From positions 186,001 to 250,000 of the forward strand of contig NIVC01000677.1 in assembly GCA_002269645.1 (NCBI GenBank): a stretch of 64,000 bases of DNA. The letters run 5' to 3'. The notes below the pieces were generated by a model, which ran no database searches, was not told where the DNA came from, and saw only the letters and a program-made list of their open reading frames with translations. Each line of letters starts with the position of its first letter. Positions within the stretch are counted from its first letter, which is position 1. Shown here piece by piece: positions 34,991 to 47,300 of this stretch. The DNA is from Macrostomum lignano (Eukaryota). The position numbers were made by a program, and so were the translations under genes.

Positions 34991-35635
34991 CATGACAAGA
35001 ACCACTAGAAGTTACCATTGTATTAATGTATTTATCAATAACACATTTCTTTATTTTCTAAATTTAACCACCTTAGTATTTGCACTGCAAGTTCGTTACT
35101 TTATTTAGATAGTATTTGTTTTAAGTGTTGACCATAAAAATAACTGTCTCACTAATTTATATAGTCACCATAACAATAATAACTGCCTTTTCTTATTTGC
35201 AACCTATATATTTATAAGGTATCTTGTAGGAATAAGATAAGTACGAAACATTTAATTGAATATAAAATATTGTAAAATTTTTGGTCTAGGCATGATTTGT
35301 AATCATGAAAAAAATAGAAAATAATGCCAATGCAGCATAATAAAATGCTATAAACATAGTAAGTGTTTATAAATATATAGAAAATGTATAAACATTTTTA
35401 GAAAAATATATTTTCAACATTTATTTAACCAATTTTTGTTTTATTATATTTTATTAGCTTTTATCCTTTATCTTTTAATAAGAAAAAAATCAAATATAAC
35501 TGAAGTTGCTGAAACTTTTTAGTGCCAATAACTCACATTGGTAATCATGCTAAACTGCTAAAAAATTTCTAATACACACAAGCCTCATGGCTAGTATGTG
35601 TAAGCATTTGGTATGCACACTATTAGCTAAAAATA

Positions 35636-36593
35636 CAAGGGCTATCCAAAAAGTAGTGTTACTTTTCACTATGTCTCTTGTTTTGCTAATCCAAATAACA
35701 TCATTTTGCTCAGATTTATAGTAGCAACTCTTTTCTTTATGTTAACTTTAACATTATTAAAAACAGACAATAGAAACAAAAGTTATAAACTAAAATGTAG
35801 CAAGACCTGGACAATAGACTTACAATAAGTAAGCAAGTTAATAAAAATTCAAAGTGGTAGCTGACAAATGGGTAACTGGCTGTGGGGAATGCTGCAAAAT
35901 GACTGCGGTAAATGACTGCAATAGACCCATGAGCCAATGAAAGTTAAGCATAAATCTTTGCTCAATTGTCTCCCATCCCACAAAAGGTATATATCACACT
36001 CCTTTGAGCAACACTTGAATGCACATCCAGGAATTTTAGTGCTGCAAACAGAGGAAACAAACAGCAATATAGTAGAAGCCCAGTTTGAAATATTTTGTTG
36101 CTTTAAAAGCCATATACTTTTCCAATTTTTTCTATAAATATATTTGTCACAGCAGCCTAACAAAGAAGTCTGAGTGCATTCTATCAAAAGTACTTTCGCT
36201 ACTTTTCGCTAACTTGCCAAATTACTGTAAGTCTATGATCAAGGTCCTGCTACATTTTAGTTTATAACTTTTGTTTCCATTGTCTGTTTTTAATGATGTT
36301 AAAGTTAATATAAAGAAAAGAGTTGCTGCTATAAATCTATGCAAAGATGTTATTTGGATCAGCAGAACAAGAGACATGCTTGGGTGCAATCTAGGGATTC
36401 ACCTAGCCATTTCTATTGGCAACACACACATGTAAGTTGCTGTTGGATAGAATAGTTAGTCACGTGACTGTTCTTAGTCAATAGCAACTTATATGTGTGT
36501 GTTGCCAATAGAAATGGCCAGGTGATTCCCAAGGTTGCGCATGTATAACAAGAGATATAGTGAAAAGTAACACTACTTTTTGGACAGCCCTTG
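35636..36593. mobile_element. Non-autonomous TA-flanked DNA element with long TIRs, carrying a nested hairpin MITE (about 36374-36546)
   Basis: CAAGGGCTATCCAAAAAGTAGTGTTACTTTTCACTAT is mirrored at 36547-36593, with TA on both flanks. The inner palindromic insert ends GTTGCGCATGTAT and is flanked by duplicated AACAAGAG. Confidence 0.7.
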
Positions 36594-37292
36594 TAAATAC
36601 TTTGGGCTACCTAGTATGGATAGATTCAAAAGTGGCATATGTTAAAGCATATATATACTTATTGTAAACATGTTTGAACAGTATTGTTTAGCCAGTTTAG
36701 GTCATCAAATCTATAATGACCATAATTGATCTTAATGAAGACTTTGAAGGCTCCTATAGAGCTAAACTTGAATTGTAATTAGTATTATTAGACAATTTAT
36801 ACTATTGAATATAAAAATAGGTATAAATTGTTATAAATTAAGTTAAATATATATATATGTATATATAATATAATATAATATATAATATATATATTTAATT
36901 ATTCATAATTTACATTTTTATTGGTCATAAAAGCATAATTTATGTAAATTCCAATTTCAAATTGTCTTGAAATCCCCAAAATACCCAAAATATATTGAAT
37001 TGTGATCTAACTAATCCCAAGTATTTTGATCCTATCTGACTTATTACACTATTACATATTATTAAACTGGGTTATTAAAATAAATTTCACATCAAGTTCA
37101 GATACAGTTTCTCATAGCTAATGAAGTGGACTAAAAGGAACTATTTTCTGGGGATTCTTCACTGTTGCTTGACATTTATCGCCAATTGGAGCAATGTAAA
37201 TATCAAATTAGAGTTATAACCTCTCTGCTTTTCTTCCAGCAAAAAGCGACTAGGAAAATACTTTAAAATAACAGCCGCAGAGTAGTGGAAGG

Positions 37293-40200
37293 ATGTCGCG
37301 CAAGTTCACATTTAAATCTTTTAAGTCAGGCGCCAGCGGTGACGCAGGCAATCGAAGTATATTGGACTTTACACTGACCTCGGATGCTGCTAGTAGCGAG
37401 CGGCCAGTAGGGCAGCAGAAGCAGACGTTAGTCAGCAAAGCAACGTCTAACGCATCCAGCTCAAAGCCAAGCAGTCTCGGCAATCCGTTTAAACTGGTGC
37501 CAACAGCCAAGGTGCCGCCAACTCCCGTGCACCATCAGCAACAGTCGGCCGGCGGAGAGGCCTCCCGGCCAACTCTGCTGTCAAGCGTCTATGCCAGAGA
37601 CTCACAGGTGGTGGACCTTCTTGCCAATCCAACATCCCAGCGGGCCCAGCAGCAGCTGTCCGCTTCAGACGCCGCGGCGATGCCTGAGCCGTCGGGCTAC
37701 GAAGATGACGCCGATTTCATCGACGATTTTGATGACGAATTCGACTTTCGAATGCCGCTATCCATCAATCGATCCGACGTGCTTTCGTCTACCACCCAGG
37801 CCGCGCCGACAACGCCCGCTACTTCGGCGGCTGCTGTTACTGCTGCCGCACCGACAGCCGCCGCCAATTCGTTGAAGACGGCATCGAACTTCCAGCCTGT
37901 CAGCGCTGGCAACCAGCAGCAGTTGGATGCCGACGATTCTCTGCCAACGCCAATTCCAAGCACCGGCCGCAAGCGCCAGCGAATTCAGTCGGATTCGGAT
38001 GACGACCAAAACGTCGGCGGCCATCGAATTGAGTTTCAAATTGACAACGACGACGACGATGATGACTTTGTTGTGGACGATGACTCCGCCGATGTGGTCG
38101 AGGAGGAGGACAACTCGCCGCCCGACAACAACGACAGTACAGGCGATGCGGAGATCCGCCTGACGAAGCGAGTGTACAAGTCGATGCGCGGCATCTGCGT
38201 GGCGGTTCGCGACTTGCCCTCCGGCCAGCTTTTCGACGCGTTCGGCCAGTCAGCTACGGACGTCTTCCGCCTGCTTGGAGAGCTGCGCGGCCATCCAGAC
38301 AGCGACGCGTCAGCTTCGACTTCAACCGTTGCTAAGCAACAGACGCCTAAAAGCGCGACAGAGGGTAAACAAAAGCCGAAGCCGGCTCAAGCGACCGCGG
38401 CTGCCGCCACCCTGCCAGAGCCGGAGCGGAAGCCGCTGTTCAAGCGGACCCGCGGCGCCATCGACTCCAGTGGACTGGACTTTGGCATCAACGCCTCATT
38501 TTCGATGACAGCGTCAGCTTCGGCCAGCTCTGTTGTTGGCGCATCTAAACCTGCGGTAGCTGCTGCCGTCGCTGATAAGCCGCCAATGCCGGCAATTCGT
38601 GCCTCGCTCGATTTCGACTGTCCAACCTCGAAGCCTTCGATGTTGTCAGTCAACTCGGCTGAGCCTCCCAAACCAAAAAAGACGCTGACAGCGGCCGAAG
38701 CCACCGCCGGCGATGACTACGTGCCGTTAGAGGCGCGTCAATCGAAATGGACCTCGGCCGTGGCTAACGCCGCCGTGCCCGCCCACGCCGGAGCCGCGGC
38801 CACGAAGCAGCCGGACCACTCGGCTGAATTCGGCGGCGAGGCCTATCCGCACTCGGACCGGGTGCGGCTCGCCTTCCGAGAGGTGTTCGGCTTGAAAGAG
38901 TTCCGTCGCAACCAGCTGCAGGCTATTAACGCCTGCTTGCTTGGCCACGACACGTTTGTGCTGATGCCTACGGGCGGCGGCAAGAGCCTGTGCTATCAGC
39001 TGCCAGCTGTTGTCACTGACGGCTGCACCGTGGTGGTGTCCCCTCTGCTGTCGCTCATCACCGATCAAGTTAATAAGCTGACGTCTCTAGGCATTAGAAC
39101 CTACCAGCTGACTGGAGACATATCGCCGCAGCAGCAGGATCAGGTGTTTGCCATGCTCACTAATTCTAGCGGCTGTCAGGTGCAGCTGTTATATGTGACG
39201 CCTGAAAAGATTAGCCAATCTGATAAACTGCAGCGGTGCTTCTCTGTTCTGTATCAGCGCGGCAAATTAGACAGATTTGTTATTGACGAGGCCCACTGCG
39301 TCAGCCAATGGGGCCACGATTTTAGGCAGGATTATCGAAATTTAAATCGGCTAAGAACTTCTTTTCCAAATGTGCCAATGATGGCTTTAACTGCGACGGC
39401 TACGCCTCAGGTAGGCCCTGTTGTGCTTCTAAATGTAGTGTATTATACTTACAGTAGTCCTATAAATTGTAAATAATAGTTTAATTACTTCGCTCAAAAC
39501 AGTGCGGCGAAATCTCAAGATACTAGATTAACTACATGTTAAGTTGTGACAAAATGGAGCGTCTACTCTGATTTCAGTTTTTAGGGTAGGTTAGGGTTAG
39601 GGACGAATGTTGGATTTAGGTTAGGGTTATTATGGTATGTTGTGTTTAGGTTGGGGTAGGTTGAATTTAGGTCAGAGTAGACTAGGTTTAGGGTAGGTTG
39701 GATTTAGATTAGAGTTAGGGTAGGTTAGGTTTAAATTAGAGTTAGGGTAGGTTGGGTTTAAATTAGAGTTAGGGTAGATTGTGCTTAGGTTAGGGTAGGT
39801 TGGGTTTAGGTTAGGGTAGGTTGGGTTTAGGTTAGGGTAGGTTGGGTTTAGGTTAGGGTAGGTTGGGTTTAGGTTAGGGTAGGTTGGGTTTAGGTTAGGG
39901 TAGGTTGGGTTTAGGTTGGGTTTAGGTTAGGGTAGGTTGGGTTTAGGTTAGGGTAGGTTGGGTTTAGGTTAGGGTAGGTTGGGTTTAGGTTAGGGTAGGT
40001 TGGGTTTAGGTTAGGGTAGGTTGGGTTTAGGTTGGGTTTAGGTTAGGGTAGGTTGGGTTTAGGTTAGGGTAGGTTGGGTTTAGGTTAGGGTAGGTTGGGT
40101 TTAGGTTAGGGTAGGTTGGGTTTAGGTTAGGGTAGGTTGGGTTTAGGTTAGGGTAGGTTGGGTTTAGGTTAGGGTAGGTTGGGTTTAGGTTAGGGTAGGT

Positions 40201-43200
40201 TGGGTTTAGGTTAGGGTAGGTTGGGTTTAGGTTAGGGTAGGTAGGGTTTAGGTTAGGGTAGACTGGGTTTAGGGTAGGTTGGATTTAAATTAGAGTTAGG
40301 GTTGGGTTTGGTTTTAGGTTAGAGTTAGGTAGGGTTTGGTTTAGGCAGGCTAAGGGTTGGGGTTTCGGTTGGCGAACAATTCGTTGCTGATGTGTCGGCA
40401 GTGAAATGCTTACTATAGATATATCTGTAGATACTCGTATACAGTCATGCACAAAAGTAAGTACACCCCAAGCAAAAATAGAGAAAAACGGTTATAATTT
40501 CTGAACCGTCAGCTCTATTACGACAAAACTGCATCACAATGATCCTTATTGACTGGCGCTTATTTTGACACATCAAGCTTTGAAAAACTCTTTGTGGCTA
40601 AGGAGCTGTGGCCAAAAATGCTCAAACACACCTGTGCAAAAGTAAGTACACCCTGCCCTTCACTACTAGTATAACCTCCTCTGTGCAAATGCGAGCCACC
40701 ACAAGTACATTGCCAGCCGCCTCACTGCCTGTTACATCACCAGCGACTTTAGTCCTGCTCGCCCCTGCCCTCAATCGGCTCAGCTACTGGTTTTCATGCT
40801 ACTATAAAGCTCATGTGCACTGCAGCCGCTTCGTCATTGACTTGATACACGCCAGGACAATGCCAAGAGGCCAGGAGCTGTCAGTTCAGTTAAGAAATCG
40901 CATTGTAGCAGCTCACAATAGTGGCGATGGCTACAAGCGGATATCTGCTGCCTTCAATGTGCATGTATCAACGGTTAGGCACATCATCGCAAAGTACAAA
41001 CAGCATGGCACCACAGCATCTCTGCCTCGCAGTGGCCGGCTGAGCAAAATTTCAGCTCGCGCGCTGCGCAAACTCACGCAAGAGGTCAGCCAAAACCCGA
41101 ATGCAACATCAGGTGAGCTGCAGCAGATGCTGAATGCAGCTGGCTTATTGCCGCACAGGACTACTGTTCGCCGAGCCCTAAACCGCGTGGGCCTCCGCAG
41201 CTGCATTCCAAGAAAAAAGCCTCTGCTGCAGCAGCGACATCGCGATGCCAGGCTGCAGTTCGCTAATGCGATGCTGAGCAAGCCGGACAGCTACTGGCAG
41301 TCAGTGCTTTGGACTGATGAAACCAAGATTGAGCTGTTCGGCAGGAATGAGAAACAGTGCGTGTGGCACAAGCCGAACACCTCATTTGAGCAGAAACACC
41401 TGAAGCCGACAGTCAAGCACGGAGGCGGCAGCATCATGCTGTGGGTCTGCTTTGCAGCTGCTGGCACCGGCAGGCTGATGCACATCACCGAGAAGATGAA
41501 TTCGGCCGTGTATCAGCAGATCCTTGACGAAAACCTGCAGTCATCAGTGCATGACCTCGGTCTTGGACGAGCTTGGACACTGCAGCAGGACAATGACCCC
41601 AAGCACACGAGCGCTGCAACTCGGCGATGGCTGCAGCAGAGGCGCATCAAGGTCATGGAGTGGCCAAGCCAGAGCCCTGACCTGAATCCGATCGAGATGC
41701 TGTGGACGGATCTCAAGAAGATGGTTCACGCAAGGAAGCCGAAGAATCTGCGGGAATTGGCCGAATTCTGCATCGAGGAGTGGCGGAAAGTGCCTGCTGA
41801 GAGGTGCGCTGCGCTGGTGAATGGCTACCGCAAGCGGCTCTTGGCTGTGGTGGCTGCACGAGGCGGAGCTACAAAGTATTAAGACAGGGTGTACTTACTT
41901 TTGCACAGGTGTGTTTGAGCATTTTTGGCCACAGCTCCTTAGCCACAAAGAGTTTTTCAAAGCTTGATGTGTCAAAATAAGCGCCAGTCAATAAGGATCA
42001 TTGTGATGCAGTTTTGTCGTAATAGAGCTGACGGTTCAGTAATTATAACCGTTTTTCTCAATTTTTGCTTGGGGTGTACTTACTTTTGTGCATGACTGTA
42101 TAGTAGATGTGTGGATATATAATTCAATATGCCCCCCGCAGGTTCGCCTGGACATCGAGAAGCAGCTGGGCCTGCGTAAACAGGACACTAAATGGTTTAC
42201 TTCGTCGTTTAATAGGCCCAACCTGCGCTACCAAGTCGAACAGAAGAGAGGCACTAAAAGCGTTGACCAAGTAATTGAAACTATTAATAAATCGTATCGC
42301 AGCCAGAGCGGCATTGTCTATTGCCTGTCTAGGAAAGAGTGCGAGCAGGTGGCCACCGCCCTGTGCAAGGCGGGCATCAAGGCCCGGCCCTATCACGCCG
42401 GCCTGTCCGATACCAAGAGGCGCGAAGTGCTGCAAGACTGGCTGCAGGAGGCCACTTGTAAAGTTGTGTGCGCCACCATAGCATTCGGCATGGGCATTGA
42501 TAAGGCCGACGTTCGATTCGTCATTCACTATTCCTTGCCGAAGTCTATCGAAGGCTTCTACCAGGAGGCTGGCCGAGCTGGCCGAGACGGCCGGCCGTCC
42601 ACCTGCCTGCTGCTGTTCTGCTATTCGGACAAAGTCCGTCTGCAGCGCCTCATCGAAGGCGAACAGGGCGGCAGTTTTGAGACCCGGCAGATCCATCACA
42701 GCAACCTGAACAGCATGGTGTCCTACTGCATTAACGTCACCGACTGTAGGCGAGCCCAGCTGTTAACTTACTTTGGCGAGTATTTCGACAAATCCGATTG
42801 CGACGCTATGCGTGGCTGCGCCTGCGACAACTGCAATAATAGGGCCGAGTTCGAAGAGCGCGACTTTACTAAACAGGCCACCACTGTTGTTGATCTGGTG
42901 CGCCAATTGCTGGAGAGCCAGCGGATTAAACTGGCGCCCGGCCAGCTCGTGCAGTTCTTTAGGCGGCTGCAGAATGCCCGGCTGACTAGCCTGGGCCTCA
43001 CTAGTCACGCCATGTACGGCAGTCTCAGCCACATTAACACCTCCGATATGGAGCGCCTAGTGCGCAAGCTAATCTGCGATCAGTACCTGGCTGAGGAGCT
43101 GGTATCCCAGGGCGACCACGTATTCACCTATGCCGTGCCTGGCCCGCGCTCTGCCCTGCTGCAGCAGCCCGGTCACCGGTTTCTGCTGGCAATCAAGGTA

Positions 43201-44374
43201 AGGAAGAGTTGTCTGTTGCGGTACCCCCTGAAGGTTTGGGTATTTGCATTACTGCTCCATTCCGCCCACTCCCCTGAGCAGGCACACAAGCGCGCGGATA
43301 CACAGGTACACATTCACACAGGAGTGTACAGCGGCCCTAACTTTATTTATTTATCGTTAGGCATGTACACTTCACAAGTGCCTTGGGGTTGGCCATGAAG
43401 CTTGGTGTTAATTGCTTGAGCAAACCCAAGTCGAAATTCCAATTTTTAGCTCCAAATTAGTGTGAATGTGACTGCACTTGGAATCGAGCCTGCGCCGCTA
43501 GTACATAAGAGCGCCGCGCTACACCACCGGGCTACGGTACCCCCCCCCCCTATTAGCGATACTCACTCAACATTAATCGTTAATCGCGATAAAGCTAACG
43601 AGCTTAACAATCACAGGCCCTAGTAGGACTCTGACTTATGGATATGAAAAAACTAAGCGAAAAATCCTACTGATCAGTGTGTGCAACCTAAGACCCCGTC
43701 GCTTATAATTATCCCCGACGCCGCAGGTGTCCAACCGAGCCGCGGCAGCCAATCAGGACGACAAGAAGCCAATGGACAAGTACGCCCAGGCCAAGGAGAG
43801 CTGCTTGAACGATTTAACCAAGATAGCCAAAGAGTTGGCCATGGACAAGGGCGTGAAGAACTACACTAACGTGTTCCCTACTGAGTGCCTGCGCGAGATT
43901 GCCGAGCGCCTGCCAACCACGGTGACAGAATTGCTAACCATCACCGGCATGACCCAAGCCAAGGTGGAAAATCTTGGCGCTGATAAATTCCTAATCACTA
44001 CTCAGGACTACCTGCTGCTAACTGAGACTATGCGAGCCGAGGAGCGCGAGGCCGAGGAGAAGGCGCGAAGGCTGGCCGCCCAGTCCGCTCCAGTCGCCAT
44101 GTCCGCTAGCAGCTCCGGCGGCGGTGGCGCCAGCGGCAACCGGTCCAAGTACTTTGCCGGCCGGAAGTGGCGCAAAGGTCGGGGTGCCGGCAGGCAGCGA
44201 AAAACGGCGTCAACTTCCGGCGGCGGTGGCGCCAGTGCTTCCGGCAGCAGCTCGACTGGCGCTTCCGGTTCCGGCTGGTTGAGTAAAAAATCCGGCGTTG
44301 GCGCTGCTGGCAAGAAGCCGCAGTTTCTCAATTTAAAACAGGGTCGCGCATTTGCGGCCGCTGCCAGAAAATGA
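37293..44374 (+). CDS. BLM: Bloom syndrome RecQ helicase (about 1273 aa)
   Basis: Exons 37293-39410, 42142-43197, 43727-44374 are in frame (3822 nt). Motifs [72 protein letters not shown]. Also an RQC zinc motif (CRR...CDNC), an HRDC domain, a basic C-terminal NLS, a long disordered N-terminus and a BDHCT-like helix. Confidence 0.93.
39581..40365 (+). repeat. Telomere-like G-rich satellite, 21-bp unit TTAGGGTAGGTTGGGTTTAGG, in BLM intron 1
   Basis: Homogeneous core at about 39787-40250 with degenerate edges; read directly. Confidence 0.95.
40442..42098 (+). mobile_element. Intact Tc1-family (DD34E) transposon, 1657 bp, IR/DR type, in BLM intron 1
   Basis: 214-bp TIRs (40442-40655, 41885-42098), each with a repeated GCA(C)AAAAGTAAGTACACCC direct repeat, and TA TSDs on both sides. 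Confidence 0.96.
40860..41882 (+). CDS. Tc1 transposase, 340 aa, uninterrupted
   Basis: Starts [11 protein letters not shown] region, SGRL (GRPR-like), [14 protein letters not shown] and SPDLNPIE, with exactly 34 residues between the second D and E. Confidence 0.95.
   Translation: MPRGQELSVQLRNRIVAAHNSGDGYKRISAAFNVHVSTVRHIIAKYKQHGTTASLPRSGRLSKISARALRKLTQEVSQNPNATSGELQQMLNAAGLLPHRTTVRRALNRVGLRSCIPRKKPLLQQRHRDARLQFANAMLSKPDSYWQSVLWTDETKIELFGRNEKQCVWHKPNTSFEQKHLKPTVKHGGGSIMLWVCFAAAGTGRLMHITEKMNSAVYQQILDENLQSSVHDLGLGRAWTLQQDNDPKHTSAATRRWLQQRRIKVMEWPSQSPDLNPIEMLWTDLKKMVHARKPKNLRELAEFCIEEWRKVPAERCAALVNGYRKRLLAVVAARGGATKY
43215..43540 (-). mobile_element. tRNA-derived SINE related to family 2, in BLM intron 2
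   Basis: Minus strand TAGCCCGGTGG...GGCTCGATTCC head; the central block matches 24068-24230. Confidence 0.7.
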
Positions 44375-47300
44375 ATTGTGTTTCTGGTTGCATTTCCTGA
44401 GAATTAGAAGCAATATTCCCTGGCTGTACATTATCGAATTTAAGTGTTCCCTTAACTGATGACTTAGCAAACATACAAATGTATTATCAATCGAAATTTG
44501 GGTCTGCCTTAAAAATTTTCCACAAATATGATTTGTTCCCAGCAATCCTTTTAGTCAAAGCCTCGAGCAGTATGTTTCAAACAAATATTTGAAATTGCCC
44601 GAAACAAATACTGCTAATCTGGATATTATAAATGGCTATGAAAAAAACAATCAAATCTTGTTCTAGATTTGAAATATTTTCTATAATTAAGCATTATGAA
44701 ATTATGCATTTGTAGTGCTAACTTACCATCTGATTCTCAAGAATTCCCAGCATTTCTTACTCAGCCCGTTAGTTTAAAAGCATTTTTGCATCTCAGTCTC
44801 CATCAAACCTATTTCGTGCTTTTTTGTCTCAGATTTATACACTCGCTTTCTGTTGCTTGTTCTGTTCATGCTTCCTGCCATTTTTATTCAATTTCTGTAA
44901 TTTAAAACAGGTGTAAAGTTTTTATCGCTATTTAATCTAATGTGATTTTTGGTCTTGCTAGCTAACTCGTTTATTACGTTCAAGTCGGTCTTTGCTGCTA
45001 TTTTAAATTCAATTCACATTTAGAACATTTAGCTCCGTTTAATCATCAAAATCTTGCTAAACAATATTGCATTTATAATTGATGCGGTGATGTTAGATTC
45101 ATCTTGTTTCCTGTATTGCTAGGTTTAATTCTTAACGGGAGACTGCTAATTTGATTCGGTTGCCTCGAACCGCATACTCTAACATCTCTACTTTCTATCT
45201 TGTGTGTTTTCATTCATTACTCACATAATGCCTCGTAGAAACAAACTGTAATTTTGTCAATTTATTACATGCTTAGGCCAAAAAATTAATATTTCAAAAT
45301 AAAAATTCTTACAGACTAAAAAACTACAGCTTGTCAGTAAGACTGATATTTAAAAGTATTTGAATGAGATTTGAATGTTGAAATTAAATTTAAAGCTTTT
45401 GACGTGATTGATCATAGAATGAATCAACAATTCTGAAAAAGTCGAAATCGACTTTTCAAAAAAGCGGTGTAGTATGGCTACTTACTACAATACAAATAAG
45501 ACTTGCTCCCAGAGTTAAAACTTTTACGCTACTGCAGACTTTCAAAGTTTAGGAGCTTGATCATCCCCTCAAACGCGCTAGGTTAGGGTAAGTATGTATT
45601 ATACATGCACCTGTATCTATGTCAAGGAGCACTTTTGTGCAGTCAGTCAATACTTGACAAAGAGGACGATGTACACGTATGGTCATTTATAAACACAAAT
45701 GCATAGTTTTTAACGGGGTGGGAACCAAGGACCACTGTATATAGGGTATAGTTATATACAGTGGTCCTTGGTGGGAACCCTGGCTAGGAAAACAGGCCTT
45801 GGTAGTACTATAATTCTTACCAAATTTATCTAAAACTAAAAGTTGTGAAGAAAAAAATTTCTGTAACTTTACAGATGTTTCTATTGCAAGCACTGTTTGA
45901 ATAATTTAATCTGTTGACGTAGCTAAATTATGTTATAGTGTAATAATATTTTAATTTCTGTTTCTACGAACTACGGTCTACAAAAAATACAACTGTGACT
46001 TGTGAGCGATTGAAAAATGTAGAAATACTTGCAGTTAAGTTAGTTATTTCGATTCTGTATTTTGATTTCTTACTAACCACTGCAACTCATCATCAAACGT
46101 GGTTCACGTATGCATTGCTTGTTAATCTTATCAGCATTAGGAAATCATTTAATGAAACTCGCATAATTTTTTACTGTTACTAGGCCCCTACCATTTAATT
46201 TATTGGGTCTATTAGACCTAGGGCCTGTTTAATAGTTGCATTTTTTCATCATATATTATGTAATTATGCACCATGACTATAATTTTATATACTCTAGTAT
46301 TAGTATAGACCTATTATCACCCATAGTCAGGAAGATGGCCTTTTTACAGAAAATTCGACGCAAAAGGGGGTTGGACGTGTGCTGCGCTGGCGCATTCTGG
46401 CGAAAAAAGGCAAGGGAGAAAAATCTGGTGCAGTATGGTGCAAAACAAAAAAATTAGCCCAATTTTGTACAAGAAAAAAACTTCCAACAAGACAATATTT
46501 TCTTTAACAGAAAATTAGCATGTAGAATTTCTGTTTATTAGCACTTTTTGCTTGCTGGTGTATTGATGGCTTTTTAATTAATTAATGTTAACATTGCATT
46601 TTCTATGAATCAGATTCAAATACAAGTTTTACTGCCAAATTATTTTTTTCAAATAGAAAATTACTGATTTTTGCATTTTCTAAAGTTGCAGTAGGGCCTA
46701 TAGGGGTAGGGCGCAAGCAAACTTTTTCAATAAGAAAAGTTCTGGCGCATAGCACAAACAAACTTTTATAATAAGATTTTCTTGGTGCATGGCACAATCA
46801 ACTTTTTTTATAAGATTCATTCCAGTGCAGGCATGCCATGATCCTGAATATGGATTGTCACTTGTGTATTATTATTGTATGCAGGGCCTATGGTATGGCC
46901 AAATGATAGGCCCTAAAAATTCAGGTTAGATGGCTCACTTTGCTTAGAAAATAAATAAAGAGGCTGAAAATCAACATAGGCCCTATAGGTTTTTAAAATG
47001 CATTTGGCAAGGCAATACCTAACAAAACTTGCCCTATTGCTGCATTGTTAGGTATATTGTTTAAAACCCATAGTCCAGATTGGATCATGCTACATGCATG
47101 CTTGAATCAAAATTGAATAGTTACAAATGCATGCCAAAAAATTAAGTGCATGTCTACACTCTTAAATCTAGGCTGGTAGGCCTACCAGACTCTGGATGGT
47201 ATACATGTATGCTGGAATTTTCCGGCGTACAAAGGGACCTAGATTACACCATTGGTGTACAACTTCGCATACAAAGGGGCCTGGCATGCCCTCTTAGTGT

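Noticed and set aside
39581-40365. True telomere or chromosome end
   Set aside because: The unit is a 21-bp composite, it is interstitial, and BLM exons continue in frame on both sides.
40608-40859. 84-aa N-terminal extension of the Tc1 ORF
   Set aside because: It begins at a GTG inside the left TIR; homology to Tc1 transposases starts at the ATG at 40860.
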